Assembly: GCA_041178425.1 (NCBI GenBank)
Contig: JBEGVH010000010.1
Location: 143,652-207,651, forward strand
From: Pseudomonadota bacterium
GTDB taxonomy: Bacteria; Bdellovibrionota; Bdellovibrionia; Bdellovibrionales; Bdellovibrionaceae
Length of the DNA stretch: 64,000 bases
Direction: 5' to 3'
The notes beneath the pieces were generated by a model. That model had not been told where the DNA came from, made no database searches, and saw only the letters and a program-made list of their open reading frames with translations. The position numbers and the translations under genes are program-made. Shown here one piece after another: positions 39,027 through 48,589 of this stretch; position 1 is the stretch's first letter, and every line of letters starts with the position of its first letter.

Positions 39027-39476
39027 TTAAGGATTCAGAGCTTTTTTAACAAGTTCACTGACAAGTTTGTTATCAGCATTTCCTTGTGTTCGGACAATGA
39101 CCTCTTTAATCACGCCACCCATATCTTTAGGTGACTTAGCATTAAGTGCTGTAACGACTTCTTTCACAATAGACTCTACTTGTTCTGAGCTCAGTTGAGC
39201 GGGCAGAAGTTCCTCAAGAATCCCCAACTCTGTTGTTTCTTGATCAACAAGATCCTGACGGCCGCCCGCTCGATATTGATCAATAGATTCTTTTCTTTGC
39301 TTTACAAGACGTTTAATCACACCAATGACTTCGTCATGAGTGATCGGGTTAGGACGCATATCAATTTCACGATTTTTAATCGCCGACTGTAAAAAACGAA
39401 GTGCATTAAGACGTACTTGGTTTTTTTCTTTCATCGCTACTTTGATATCGTTCATGATTCTTTCACGAATTTCCAT
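39027..39476 (-). CDS. yqeY: GatB/YqeY domain protein
   Basis: AMK.K, KQRKESI..Y...GR.DL and LP.QLS motifs; conserved position after rpsU. Confidence 0.92.
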   Translation of the reverse strand: MEIRERIMNDIKVAMKEKNQVRLNALRFLQSAIKNREIDMRPNPITHDEVIGVIKRLVKQRKESIDQYRAGGRQDLVDQETTELGILEELLPAQLSSEQVESIVKEVVTALNAKSPKDMGGVIKEVIVRTQGNADNKLVSELVKKALNP

Positions 39477-39523
39477 TATAGCGCTCCCCTTGAATAGATA
39501 ATAAAAAAATGCCGTTAAATTAG

Positions 39524-39551
39524 AAAAGCCCCATCAGGGATGGGGCTTTTT
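39524..39551 (-). terminator. intra-operon terminator after rpsU
   Basis: AAAAGCCCCATC-loop-GATGGGGCTTTT hairpin between rpsU and yqeY. Confidence 0.75.
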
Positions 39552-39563
39552 GTAGATCAGAAA

Positions 39564-39764
39564 CTATTCTGAGAAGCCTCTTCTTTGCTTCTTTGCCAAT
39601 CTCTTACGAGCAGAGATTGATTTCTTTTTAAGACGAACACTTGGTTTTTCGAAGTGTTCGCGCTTTTTAACTTCAGAAAGGATTCCAGCTTTTTCACAAG
39701 ATTTTTTGAAGCGACGGAAAGCCGATTCAAAGCTTTCGCCATCTTTAACTTTTACCTGAGCCAA
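39564..39764 (-). CDS. rpsU: 30S ribosomal protein S21
   Basis: [31 protein letters not shown]; likely TTG start at 39764 after GGTGAT. Confidence 0.97.
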   Translation of the reverse strand: MAQVKVKDGESFESAFRRFKKSCEKAGILSEVKKREHFEKPSVRLKKKSISARKRLAKKQRRGFSE

Positions 39765-39908
39765 TGTAATCACCCGCCTTTCTGATCTAAATTAATGGCC
39801 ACAGGGGCCATTGAAAAATGCAGTAAAGGGGTGGTATAACAAAGTCCTAAGTTTTAAACAACCTGTAAAAATCAAATAGACCCTTTGGTACTTGGAGCTT
39901 TTATTAAA

Positions 39909-40409
39909 ATGACCGCCCGCCAACCCATTAATCAAGCCGAATGGGATCATTTTTGGATGAAAAAGGCCCTTAAAATAGCTAAAAAAGCGGCAATTAGGGG
40001 TGAGGTCCCAGTTGGAGCCCTATTGGTCAACCATCAATCAAACACTTTGGTTAGCAAAGCCTACAATTTACGAGAAACGCTAAATTCCCCCATCGGTCAC
40101 GCAGAGCTTATAGCCATTCATCGAGCATCGAAAAAATTGCAAACCTGGCGCCTTTCGGGCCACACCCTATACGTGACTCTCGAACCCTGCGTTATGTGCT
40201 CGGGTGCTATTTTGCAGAGCCGCATTGATCGCGTCGTCTTTGGAGCCCTTGATCCAAAGGGTGGAGGAACCCATTCCCTTTACCAAATTCTTTCTGATGA
40301 CCGACTCAATCATCAAACGCTGTACACAGGACAAATTTTAGAAGAGGATTGCAGCGAAGTTTTAAAAAACTTTTTTAAAGAACTTCGAGAGAAGAAGAAA
40401 AATAAATAA
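39909..40409 (+). CDS. tadA: tRNA adenosine(34) deaminase
   Basis: GEVPVGA, HAE, TLEPCVMC and DPKGG motifs. Confidence 0.93.
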   Translation: MTARQPINQAEWDHFWMKKALKIAKKAAIRGEVPVGALLVNHQSNTLVSKAYNLRETLNSPIGHAELIAIHRASKKLQTWRLSGHTLYVTLEPCVMCSGAILQSRIDRVVFGALDPKGGGTHSLYQILSDDRLNHQTLYTGQILEEDCSEVLKNFFKELREKKKNK

Positions 40410-40431
40410 AAATCGTCACCAAGGAGAGAGA

Positions 40432-41157
40432 ATGCACGCCATGAGTTCTTTTCAGAATCGAATCAAGGTCTACTCAGATGGAGCGGATAAAGCCTCAATG
40501 CTGGAAATGGCAAAAAACCCTCTCATTAAGGGGCTAACAACAAACCCAAGCCTTATGAAGAAGGCCGGCGTTACTGACTACAAATCTTTCTGCCTTGATA
40601 TTCTGACTCACATCAAAGACAAGCCCCTTTCTTTTGAAGTATTCACGGACTCCCTTGAAGAAATGGCTAAGCAAGCCATGGAAATTAAAACCTGGGGCTC
40701 GAACGTTTATGTCAAAATTCCAATTATGAACAGCCAAGGAGCATCGACTATCGAACTTGTGCGTGAGCTCAGTCGCAAAGGTGTTAAACTCAACGTTACA
40801 GCTATCTTTACTATGCAACAAATCACCGAAACAATTAACGCCGTCGCTGGCGGAGCCCCTTCGATTGTTTCTGTTTTCGCTGGACGGATTGCTGATTCTG
40901 GCCGCGATCCGATGCCCACGATGATTGCCGCGAGCCAACTCTGCGCCACCCTCGACAAAAACATCGAGTTACTTTGGGCATCTACTCGTGAAGTTTACAA
41001 TATTGTTCAAGCAGAACAAGCCGGCTGCCATATCATCACCGTACCTCCAGATATTATAAAAAAAATGAGCGGATTTAATCGAGATCTTCATGATCTCAGT
41101 CTCGACACCGTGAAGACCTTTAAAGCTGACTCAGAAGCGGCGGGATTTAAATTATAA
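40432..41157 (+). CDS. tal: transaldolase (short type)
   Basis: TTNPS, VYVKIP, NVTAIF, SVFAGRI and LLWASTR motifs. Confidence 0.88.
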   Translation: MHAMSSFQNRIKVYSDGADKASMLEMAKNPLIKGLTTNPSLMKKAGVTDYKSFCLDILTHIKDKPLSFEVFTDSLEEMAKQAMEIKTWGSNVYVKIPIMNSQGASTIELVRELSRKGVKLNVTAIFTMQQITETINAVAGGAPSIVSVFAGRIADSGRDPMPTMIAASQLCATLDKNIELLWASTREVYNIVQAEQAGCHIITVPPDIIKKMSGFNRDLHDLSLDTVKTFKADSEAAGFKL

Positions 41158-41202
41158 AAACTGTCTGCCCAGACTCCAATTCAATAAAAAAAAGCCAAGC
41201 AT

Positions 41203-42174
41203 TTACTTAACGGTAGATGCTTTGGCGGGCTGATCGGCAACAGAGTTAACCACTTCAGTTGGCACAACAACTAGAGCTGGCTCTGATGGCTTAACTACAA
41301 ACTCAAGCTCTCGAACGGCAGAGGCGGTGAGGCCTTTCGCCGAGGCCTGCATCTGTAACAAGTACTGCCCTGGCTTGTAGCCGGAATCAAAAATCAACTT
41401 GCGACCACTCCAACGCTTAAAGTCTTTTACTTTCGCCCAAGCTTCGCCTTCAAGTGGCTTATAAAATAGCTCTCCATCAAAAACGGCCTTTGAAACTTCA
41501 GTTCTTACCGTTACCAATTGGCCCTCTTTTGGATCTTTCTTAAAAACCAAAGTCGGTGGCTGAATCTGAGCACCGATCACCGTTAGCATTTCGGTGGGCT
41601 CACTGGGTTCGCCGAGAGTTCCATCTGGCAGTACTGCTTGAACACGAAAGTTGTATTGGCCCGGTGGAATTTTTGCCAAAGCCCATTCGTTTTTAACAAC
41701 GAAATCTTTTTCAATAACCCCCTCTGGCGTTTCTACTAGAACCTTAAATTTATCGACGCCCGCCACGGGCTCCCATGCTAAACGTAAAAGATACTTTCCC
41801 GTTGCTCGATCAGCGTAGACGACCGAGGGGTTAGGAATTTTACTAATTATTTTTGTGGGTGGCGGAGCAATCAACAGTTCCGCCATTTCGGTCCAAGCGG
41901 AAGAACGATCAAATTTGTCGATGATTCTCGACCGAAAATAATATTTTCCCATTCGAACGTTGAGCTTAAAGATATTTGATTTTGAGGTGAATGTTTTTAT
42001 AAATCTTTTTTGTTTTCCATCATAGACCTCAAGATCGTAGCGGGCTGCTTCGGGGATCAAGTCCCACTCAATTTCGACTATCTTGTTGGTGAGAAAAAAC
42101 TGAGGGTCTTCAGCATCTACTGAATGTGCTCGAACACAAAAAGAAACAAGTAAAAAAAGAATGGCTGTTCTCAT
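41203..42174 (-). CDS. secreted protein with FN3/Ig-like beta-sandwich repeats
   Basis: Signal peptide; repeated W......Y.LEV and G.Y.FRV.A patterns. Confidence 0.65.
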   Translation of the reverse strand: MRTAILFLLVSFCVRAHSVDAEDPQFFLTNKIVEIEWDLIPEAARYDLEVYDGKQKRFIKTFTSKSNIFKLNVRMGKYYFRSRIIDKFDRSSAWTEMAELLIAPPPTKIISKIPNPSVVYADRATGKYLLRLAWEPVAGVDKFKVLVETPEGVIEKDFVVKNEWALAKIPPGQYNFRVQAVLPDGTLGEPSEPTEMLTVIGAQIQPPTLVFKKDPKEGQLVTVRTEVSKAVFDGELFYKPLEGEAWAKVKDFKRWSGRKLIFDSGYKPGQYLLQMQASAKGLTASAVRELEFVVKPSEPALVVVPTEVVNSVADQPAKASTVK

Positions 42175-43205
42175 GGTTCCTTCGAAGAAAAACCACCTTC
42201 GGAAGCATTTCGCTGCGAATCGGCCTGGTACTGGCTCCCCAACGTTGCTCCCGCATGTATTTTAGGATTTCCCTCTGGAATTTTAGGTGGAGTATAAATT
42301 GGAGGTGGCCATGTTTTCACGGAGTTTTTAGCCATTGATAGAGCAAACTTAATCGCTGCCACGCCACCAGAGGCGAGACCCGTGGGATCAATCGCATATT
42401 CATAAGAGCGAATAAAGTTCTGAACCGACTTGGGACCATACGGCAACACTTCACGTATGATATTAATAGAGGTTTTAATTGAAACCCCAAAGCGTTTGTC
42501 ATCTCTGAGTATTCGATACAACTTAAAAAAATCGTCGCGAATGCCATCGGGGTAGTATTGGCTCCAGCGAGCCATAGAAACCGAGAGGTCAGCGCATTGA
42601 GTAACGGGCAAATTGAGGCCCGTCTTCTCCAAACAAAACTTAGAAATTTGCAGAAAGTCCTCGCGCGCTTGCTTTCGATTTCCCTTATAGAGCTTACTTA
42701 ATTCAAAACTAATCCTGAGCGCAGAGGAATAGTCGAGATCAAAATATTCACCCAAATAGGTTTTCTTAAAGAGTTCAAAAAAATTGTCGACGGTTTCTTG
42801 GTCAGTTTTAGAAAACTCTAAGGCATATTCAATCGAGCGTGTATGATCGACCCCGGATTTTTTTAAGAACAAAAACGTTTTTACAAATCTACGGGCAGCA
42901 CCATCGCAACCCTTAGAAATTTCGGCCGCCAATTGCCGTGCAAGCGCTTCTGAGGGATTGATTTCGTCTTTTTGGCTTCGAAAAAAATTCATCATTTCTC
43001 GATATTCTTTAATTGGCTCGCAATGATCGGGGTGTGCTTTATTCCTCCAAAGCACATTGCGCTCTTTTTCCTGAAGCGAAAGTCTTTCCCATGCCTTCCA
43101 GTCAAACTCGGGCTCCACAAATTGGGGTAATCCACTAGTGGCATCTTGGGCACCAAAGGCAAACTGAGTAAAGATACAAAAAATCGTAGCAACTAAAATC
43201 GCCAT
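42171..43205 (-). CDS. secreted helical-repeat hypothetical protein
   Basis: Signal peptide; repeating F..F...Y ... A.++A.ELSK units; overlaps both neighbours. Confidence 0.7.
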   Translation of the reverse strand: MAILVATIFCIFTQFAFGAQDATSGLPQFVEPEFDWKAWERLSLQEKERNVLWRNKAHPDHCEPIKEYREMMNFFRSQKDEINPSEALARQLAAEISKGCDGAARRFVKTFLFLKKSGVDHTRSIEYALEFSKTDQETVDNFFELFKKTYLGEYFDLDYSSALRISFELSKLYKGNRKQAREDFLQISKFCLEKTGLNLPVTQCADLSVSMARWSQYYPDGIRDDFFKLYRILRDDKRFGVSIKTSINIIREVLPYGPKSVQNFIRSYEYAIDPTGLASGGVAAIKFALSMAKNSVKTWPPPIYTPPKIPEGNPKIHAGATLGSQYQADSQRNASEGGFSSKEP

Positions 43206-44122
43206 TGCATTCCTAAAAGCGGTGTGGCTCGTCCCGTTGTCGGATCGACCATAAAATTGATTTGCGTTAGCGGCGCATAGATTTTTCTTTTATACTCTTG
43301 GTGTTTGTCCCAGTTTTCAATCAACCTATTTTCAATGAGCCATGGCAAGAACGAGAGGCCCATTGCTACTGCGGCGTAATTGGGAAGCTCTTGTTTTGAT
43401 TGCGAGTTAATGTAAATGGCCAAAGTAAAGGTCGACCAAACAGAAAAATTATTAATCATTCGGGCCACTTTAGCTGGTCGTTCCAAGGCTTCCTCTGAAA
43501 GACGCTCTTTGAGGAGTAGACTCTTTTTATCTTTTCCGTTCACTTTTTTAATTTCAGAAAGAGATTTACCGTACGACATAGAATAATCAAGATACGCTGT
43601 CGCTCCCAACCACATTCCCCCAAAGAGTATTCCCATCTGAGAAGCAAACTGATTTTCTTTTTGTTGTGATGATGACGGTGAATCTTCGGTGTATTGGCCA
43701 GCCGCTCTGGAACCAGCCACCATGAGAGCTAACGCAGAAATTTGAACAGGCCAGTAGTTTCCTATGAAGGAGTTGCGACCTTCCTGTTGCTCCATGAGGA
43801 GTCGCTCGCTCGCTTTAGGTACAACCTGTAATTCAGGATAATCAAGACCGGCAAGAAAACTTTTTTCATCTTCAATCAAACTGGCGGGGGCATCATCGGA
43901 CGAACCCTCTCCAACGACCGAGCCACCTCTTTTTTTTATTGCTTTTACTGTCGTTGACTCTTGAATCACACTCGACACTGGAAGCCTTCCAGAGGCCTCT
44001 TTAGGAGGACTTTGATTTTGCTTTTCTGATTCTTTTTCGGCAGCAGAAAGAGGCTGAACTAAACAGCCAACCATCAGCCCAACGATGCAGATGAGTTTTT
44101 GAAAGACACCTTGTCTTAACAT
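43193..44122 (-). CDS. exported hypothetical protein with hydrophobic helices
   Basis: AAGGAG SD before ATG 44122; signal peptide; C-terminal ...LGMQWRF. Confidence 0.7.
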   Translation of the reverse strand: MLRQGVFQKLICIVGLMVGCLVQPLSAAEKESEKQNQSPPKEASGRLPVSSVIQESTTVKAIKKRGGSVVGEGSSDDAPASLIEDEKSFLAGLDYPELQVVPKASERLLMEQQEGRNSFIGNYWPVQISALALMVAGSRAAGQYTEDSPSSSQQKENQFASQMGILFGGMWLGATAYLDYSMSYGKSLSEIKKVNGKDKKSLLLKERLSEEALERPAKVARMINNFSVWSTFTLAIYINSQSKQELPNYAAVAMGLSFLPWLIENRLIENWDKHQEYKRKIYAPLTQINFMVDPTTGRATPLLGMQWRF

Positions 44123-44262
44123 AGCAGCTCCTTGCGTTTCCATGGAGATTGATATCCAGCCTTCAAGAAGCCGGATTCTCTTAATTTTTCGGATTTTAGA
44201 AGATTAACTTAAGACTTAGGCTCGAGAACTAGACCGACAGTTGAGTTAGCAAGGGGCTTTCT

Positions 44263-45903
44263 CTAATCCACCAGCCACCAAGAATCGATCCCGACCTTGT
44301 ACCGAAGGGTGTCGGCCGATCGATGAACACGAGAGCTGACGCCGTAAAACTCATAAATATTATTAAACCAAAAAGTGTAGGGAGCATCTTTTGCGATCTC
44401 TGCATAAATTTTTCTGAGTAATTTTATTCTTTTGTATCGGTTTGGCTCGTAGCGTGCATCTTCGATCATCTGATCGACCTCGGGGTTATTATAACGAATA
44501 AAATTACCCCCACTTTCTATGCTTGCTGAATGCCAAATCTGTTTTGGATCTTGTTCAGGATCGCCCCCGGCCCAGGCCATGGCGGCGGCATCGAATTTTC
44601 CCAACCTAATCGCTGCCTCGAATTCTTTCCAAGGGAGATACTTGACCTCCATGATAATTCCAAGCTTTCGAAGATCTTCTCTGTACCACTCATGAAACTT
44701 TTCAAGATCCCGATTTGAGTGAATCAGCGTAAACTTAAACTCTCGAACTCCGCAATCACCCGTCTTTTCAATTATTCCATTTTTATTTTCATCGAGCCAC
44801 CCATCCTCGATCAAAAGCTTTTTGGCCTTTATTGGGTCAAACGAAAGAGGTTTTAGCCCTTCTGGATAAGTTGGACTCTGAAACCACATCGGTGCCGTTG
44901 CAACCTTTGCCAGACCTGGGAGATATTTTTTAATCATCCCTTCTCGGTCCATCAAACGGCTTAATGCCAATCGTGCGTTCTTACTTCTAAAGAGGGCGTT
45001 TCGATGATTCCATCCGTAGAAGTACCAACTTTTGGGCGCAGCGTTCGAGTATCGTACTTTTTTTATCTTGGTGCCCCAAGGCTTTTGATTGGTCATCGTT
45101 TGAAACGCTTCCGCTCTGAGATCCGAATAATCGAGCTCGCCTCTTTCGAGCTTTTCAATGGCGACCGACTCATCTTGAATAAACCAAGCGGTGATCGTTT
45201 CGAAATTGTATCGATTTCTAAATTGTTCTTCTGAAGATCCATACCAATCCGAGAAACGAGTCAGAATTGCATTCTCTCCCCTCACAAATCGGTCCAGTTT
45301 ATACGGCCCAGATCCAACTAACTCATATTGCATTTTTTTTGACTTGGCTGGATCACCATACACATGCTTAGGAATCACAAAGGTGGTAGCGATTTGCTCA
45401 AGGTTTTTGTAGTAGGTATTTTTGGCTACGAATTTTACGGTTAGAGGGTCGATCGCAGTCACGGTCTCTATGTTTTCAAAGGCCTCACGCCAAATGAGGG
45501 CTCCGGAATTCGGCTGCAAGACTACTTCGAAGCTAAATTTTACGTCTTCGGCAGTAATGGGCTGCCCGTCGTGAAATTTGAGGTTTTTACGAAGATAAAA
45601 TGTAAACTCTTTTCCATCTTTCGAGATCTCCCACCGTTCAGCCAGGCGAGGTTCAAGTTCATAGGTTTTATTATTATAATCTGCCAGAGAATCCATTGTG
45701 AAATCGTGAACTCTTCGGGCGAATAAATCTGCGGCCATCAGAGGATGAACGCTCAGTGGCTCGCCACCAATATTGAGGGCAAAGTTCCCTCCAATCGTTG
45801 GCCAATGAATCGCCTTGAACTGAATGCCCAACGATTCAGACGAAAAAACGAACTGAACCATTACAAGGAATACAAGACAGGCATTTCTCAGTAACCAAAC
45901 CAT
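44263..45903 (-). CDS. ABC transporter peptide-binding protein (family 5, OppA/AppA-like)
   Basis: LAERWEIS.DG, FHDGQPITAEDVKFS and GSGPYKL motifs; GGAGAGG SD before ATG 45903. Confidence 0.92.
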   Translation of the reverse strand: MVWLLRNACLVFLVMVQFVFSSESLGIQFKAIHWPTIGGNFALNIGGEPLSVHPLMAADLFARRVHDFTMDSLADYNNKTYELEPRLAERWEISKDGKEFTFYLRKNLKFHDGQPITAEDVKFSFEVVLQPNSGALIWREAFENIETVTAIDPLTVKFVAKNTYYKNLEQIATTFVIPKHVYGDPAKSKKMQYELVGSGPYKLDRFVRGENAILTRFSDWYGSSEEQFRNRYNFETITAWFIQDESVAIEKLERGELDYSDLRAEAFQTMTNQKPWGTKIKKVRYSNAAPKSWYFYGWNHRNALFRSKNARLALSRLMDREGMIKKYLPGLAKVATAPMWFQSPTYPEGLKPLSFDPIKAKKLLIEDGWLDENKNGIIEKTGDCGVREFKFTLIHSNRDLEKFHEWYREDLRKLGIIMEVKYLPWKEFEAAIRLGKFDAAAMAWAGGDPEQDPKQIWHSASIESGGNFIRYNNPEVDQMIEDARYEPNRYKRIKLLRKIYAEIAKDAPYTFWFNNIYEFYGVSSRVHRSADTLRYKVGIDSWWLVD

Positions 45904-45969
45904 TTCATCAACCTCTCCACATAGAAATTCTAGATGGTTCAAACATTTAATCAAGGTAGGGAATCCGAC

Positions 45970-45999
45970 TTGCCCCCTCGAAATAGACTCTGGTATAGT
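45970..45999 (+). promoter_or_regulatory. sigma70-like promoter of agmatinase gene
   Basis: TTGCCC-N18-TATAGT with extended -10 TG. Confidence 0.5.
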
Positions 46000-46043
46000 C
46001 GGCCCTTAGACTCTTGGCTGTGTCTACCTGAGAAAGGAATACT

Positions 46044-47090
46044 ATGAGCAACTTCGACGTGAATACCTCGACCTCTTCTGAATTTGGAATTTTTGGAATT
46101 CCATCCACCCCCGACGAAGCTCAAATTCATATTACACCCGTTCCCTGGGAAGTAACCACTTCTTATGGTGCCGGTGCGGCTCTCGGCCCCCAACTCATAA
46201 AAAAGGCGAGTGAACAAGTCGACTTACTAGATATTGAAATCGGAAAAACTTACGAAGCCGGCATTTATATGCGTGAGATTCCTAATCATGTGCTTGAGCT
46301 CAACAACACTCTAAAACCAATGGCTCAGGAACTTATCGAATTAAAAACAAATAACAGTACCGATCAAGTTAGAATGAAAGAGCTTCTGCAAAAAGTGAAT
46401 CAAGGGTCGGCCTTAATGACCCAATGGGTTTATGAACAAACCAAAGAGGTGCTAAAAAAAGGTAAATGGCCGGTGCTTATTGGAGGTGATCACTCAACTC
46501 CTCTCGGAGCGATAAAGGCAATTACAGAACACTACAAAGGCAACGTAGGAATTCTCCATATTGATGCTCATGCGGATCTTCGCAAGCACTACCAAGGTTT
46601 TTTACAATCTCACGCATCGATTATGCGAAATGTAATTGAACTCACTCCCGCCCCACAAAAGCTGGTTCAAGTTGGAATTAGAGACTTTTGTGAAGAAGAG
46701 TATGAATTTATAATGAGTTTACCCGAAAAGATTAGGACGTTCTTTGATCTGGAAATCAAGCGTGATCTTTTTGAGGGTCATACTTGGAATGGTATTTGTC
46801 AGACAATCACGAGTGAACTCCCAGAAAATGTTTATATCTCTTTCGACATCGACGGCCTTGATCCTGCCTTGTGTCCGGGCACCGGCACTCCTGTTCCAGG
46901 TGGGCTTTCAATGAACGAAGCCTTCTACTTATTGTACGCTCTTCACAAAGCCGGTAAAAAGATTGTAGGATTCGACATTAATGAAGTTTCTGCCGCCGGC
47001 AATGACGAAGACGAATGGAACGGCAATGTGGGCGCACGCCTTCTTTATAAGATGTGTGGCTGGCTCGCTAAAACCCAGCGACTCGTTTAA
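46044..47090 (+). CDS. agmatinase/arginase-family ureohydrolase
   Basis: GGDHS, DAHAD, SFDIDGLDP and GTGTPVPGG motifs. Confidence 0.92.
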   Translation: MSNFDVNTSTSSEFGIFGIPSTPDEAQIHITPVPWEVTTSYGAGAALGPQLIKKASEQVDLLDIEIGKTYEAGIYMREIPNHVLELNNTLKPMAQELIELKTNNSTDQVRMKELLQKVNQGSALMTQWVYEQTKEVLKKGKWPVLIGGDHSTPLGAIKAITEHYKGNVGILHIDAHADLRKHYQGFLQSHASIMRNVIELTPAPQKLVQVGIRDFCEEEYEFIMSLPEKIRTFFDLEIKRDLFEGHTWNGICQTITSELPENVYISFDIDGLDPALCPGTGTPVPGGLSMNEAFYLLYALHKAGKKIVGFDINEVSAAGNDEDEWNGNVGARLLYKMCGWLAKTQRLV

Positions 47091-47120
47091 AATACCTGTC
47101 TCAGGACAACGGTGCGATAA

Positions 47121-47151
47121 TGGCACCGTTGCCGCAGGCATCCCCCTTGCA
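47121..47151 (+). promoter_or_regulatory. tandem sigma54-like boxes
   Basis: TGGCACCGTTGCCGC (47121) and AGGCATCCCCCTTGCA (47136), both GG-N10-GC; the first overlaps a 9-bp inverted repeat (47107-47131). Confidence 0.55.
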
Positions 47152-47238
47152 ATTATTAAATTCAGATTGTGTTGAAAGGTCATTTTGACACCAGTTCAAT
47201 GACGACCAACACTTCTGCACAGATAAAAGGGGGGCCAA

Positions 47239-47919
47239 ATGAAAAAGTTATCGTTCTTAGTATTTTCAATCGTAAGCTTGGAGCTCACCACTGGAGTGGG
47301 ATGTGCTCGCTCCGGTTACTCACCGAGCACCTTCGAAAAACAACGAGAGCGTATCTCGAACAGTGCTGAAGTTCCCCCTATTGAAACCATCGAAGAAGAT
47401 CCCCACTCAGTTCGGTTCGGTAACATTGAGATCGGTGGCCTCAATTGCAATATCACCGCCGGCGAATCTGCCATCATCGAACGAGATTCCATTCAAATTC
47501 CAGCCTTTGATACCTTTGTTGAGCTAAAAGAAGGGCAGAGCCTCAAACGAAGCTCCTGCAATCTCAGCGTTCCTTTTTATGCTCAGGCCAATACTGGATT
47601 TGCAATCACCGGAGTGGAATTCGAACATGAGTACACAATTAATGATAGCGCCGTATTTAGACTCAATGGCGAGGTTTTTGTGGCGGGTACGATTGGTTCT
47701 AAATTTGAAGAAATGGTTTTAATCACAAAAGAGCAAAATGAGAAGACCACCGAACACAAGCTCTTTGAACTTCGTGAACCCCTTATTGTTTGTGGAAAAA
47801 ACAGTGGACTCCTGCGAATGAATCTAGGGCAAATTCTTGAAGCGGCCGAGCCGAGCTCATCCGGCTTAAGCCAACTTCGTGCTCTCAAAATTACCTACAC
47901 GCCCGTTGATTGCCAATAA
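47239..47919 (+). CDS. DUF4360-like exported protein/lipoprotein
   Basis: Signal with GVGC; GG.NC and FD.F..L......RSSCNLSVP pattern. Confidence 0.6.
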   Translation: MKKLSFLVFSIVSLELTTGVGCARSGYSPSTFEKQRERISNSAEVPPIETIEEDPHSVRFGNIEIGGLNCNITAGESAIIERDSIQIPAFDTFVELKEGQSLKRSSCNLSVPFYAQANTGFAITGVEFEHEYTINDSAVFRLNGEVFVAGTIGSKFEEMVLITKEQNEKTTEHKLFELREPLIVCGKNSGLLRMNLGQILEAAEPSSSGLSQLRALKITYTPVDCQ

Positions 47920-47923
47920 GGGA

Positions 47924-47941
47924 GCGGGCCCTCGGGCCCGC
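47924..47941. terminator. GC-rich hairpin between convergent genes
   Basis: GCGGGCCC-TC-GGGCCCGC. Confidence 0.6.
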
Positions 47942-47967
47942 CTCTTGATCTATTTTTATTTTCGTTA

Positions 47968-48423
47968 CTAAAGTCGCTTGAACTGCCAATTCGTTCCCAA
48001 ATAATCCTCTACCGTCGAAGTTACTTTTTCATTGACTGTCTCATCGAAACATTCCTCTTTGGTCACCATAACGGTGAGCTTGATAGAAGCAATTCCCACT
48101 CCTGCAACAAATGCCGTTACTGCGAGAGGGACGGCGATGGACGTCCCTGAAACAGACGCCAGACCAAGCGCCTCCCATGTCGCTGGAGTACCAACCATGG
48201 CAAAACTCATTACTAACACATCTGCAACCTTATCGAGGCCACCAATCATTTGACAAGCCCACGGATTGGCCTGCGATAAATAAAAGATGTTTGCTGTTTG
48301 CAATTGTTCGCTTTGAGTTTGAACCTCCTGAACCTCACAGTTTTGAATGCTGATCGCATGGGATTGATTCCCCAACGAAAGGGAGAATAGTAATAATACA
48401 TAACCTAATTTAAATGATTTCAT
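47968..48423 (-). CDS. secreted hypothetical protein with Gly/Ala-rich hydrophobic segments
   Basis: GGAGG SD before ATG 48423; signal peptide. Confidence 0.65.
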   Translation of the reverse strand: MKSFKLGYVLLLFSLSLGNQSHAISIQNCEVQEVQTQSEQLQTANIFYLSQANPWACQMIGGLDKVADVLVMSFAMVGTPATWEALGLASVSGTSIAVPLAVTAFVAGVGIASIKLTVMVTKEECFDETVNEKVTSTVEDYLGTNWQFKRL

Positions 48424-48589
48424 AGGACCTCCAGCCATTCTAGATTGCAAAAAGAACGGACCCATCTTCTCCGCAGAGATTAGAATTGGGCATCCGGTGC
48501 ATCCGGCCTCCGGACATGAGATTCGAAACTCGGAGTTACTCCCGATGCCGACAATTGCCTGGCGCAGTTTTTGCCTTAATAAGAGAGGT

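Noticed and set aside
48445..48465. Minus-strand sigma54 box before gene 48423
   Set aside because: GG-to-GC spacing is 12 nt, not the required 10.
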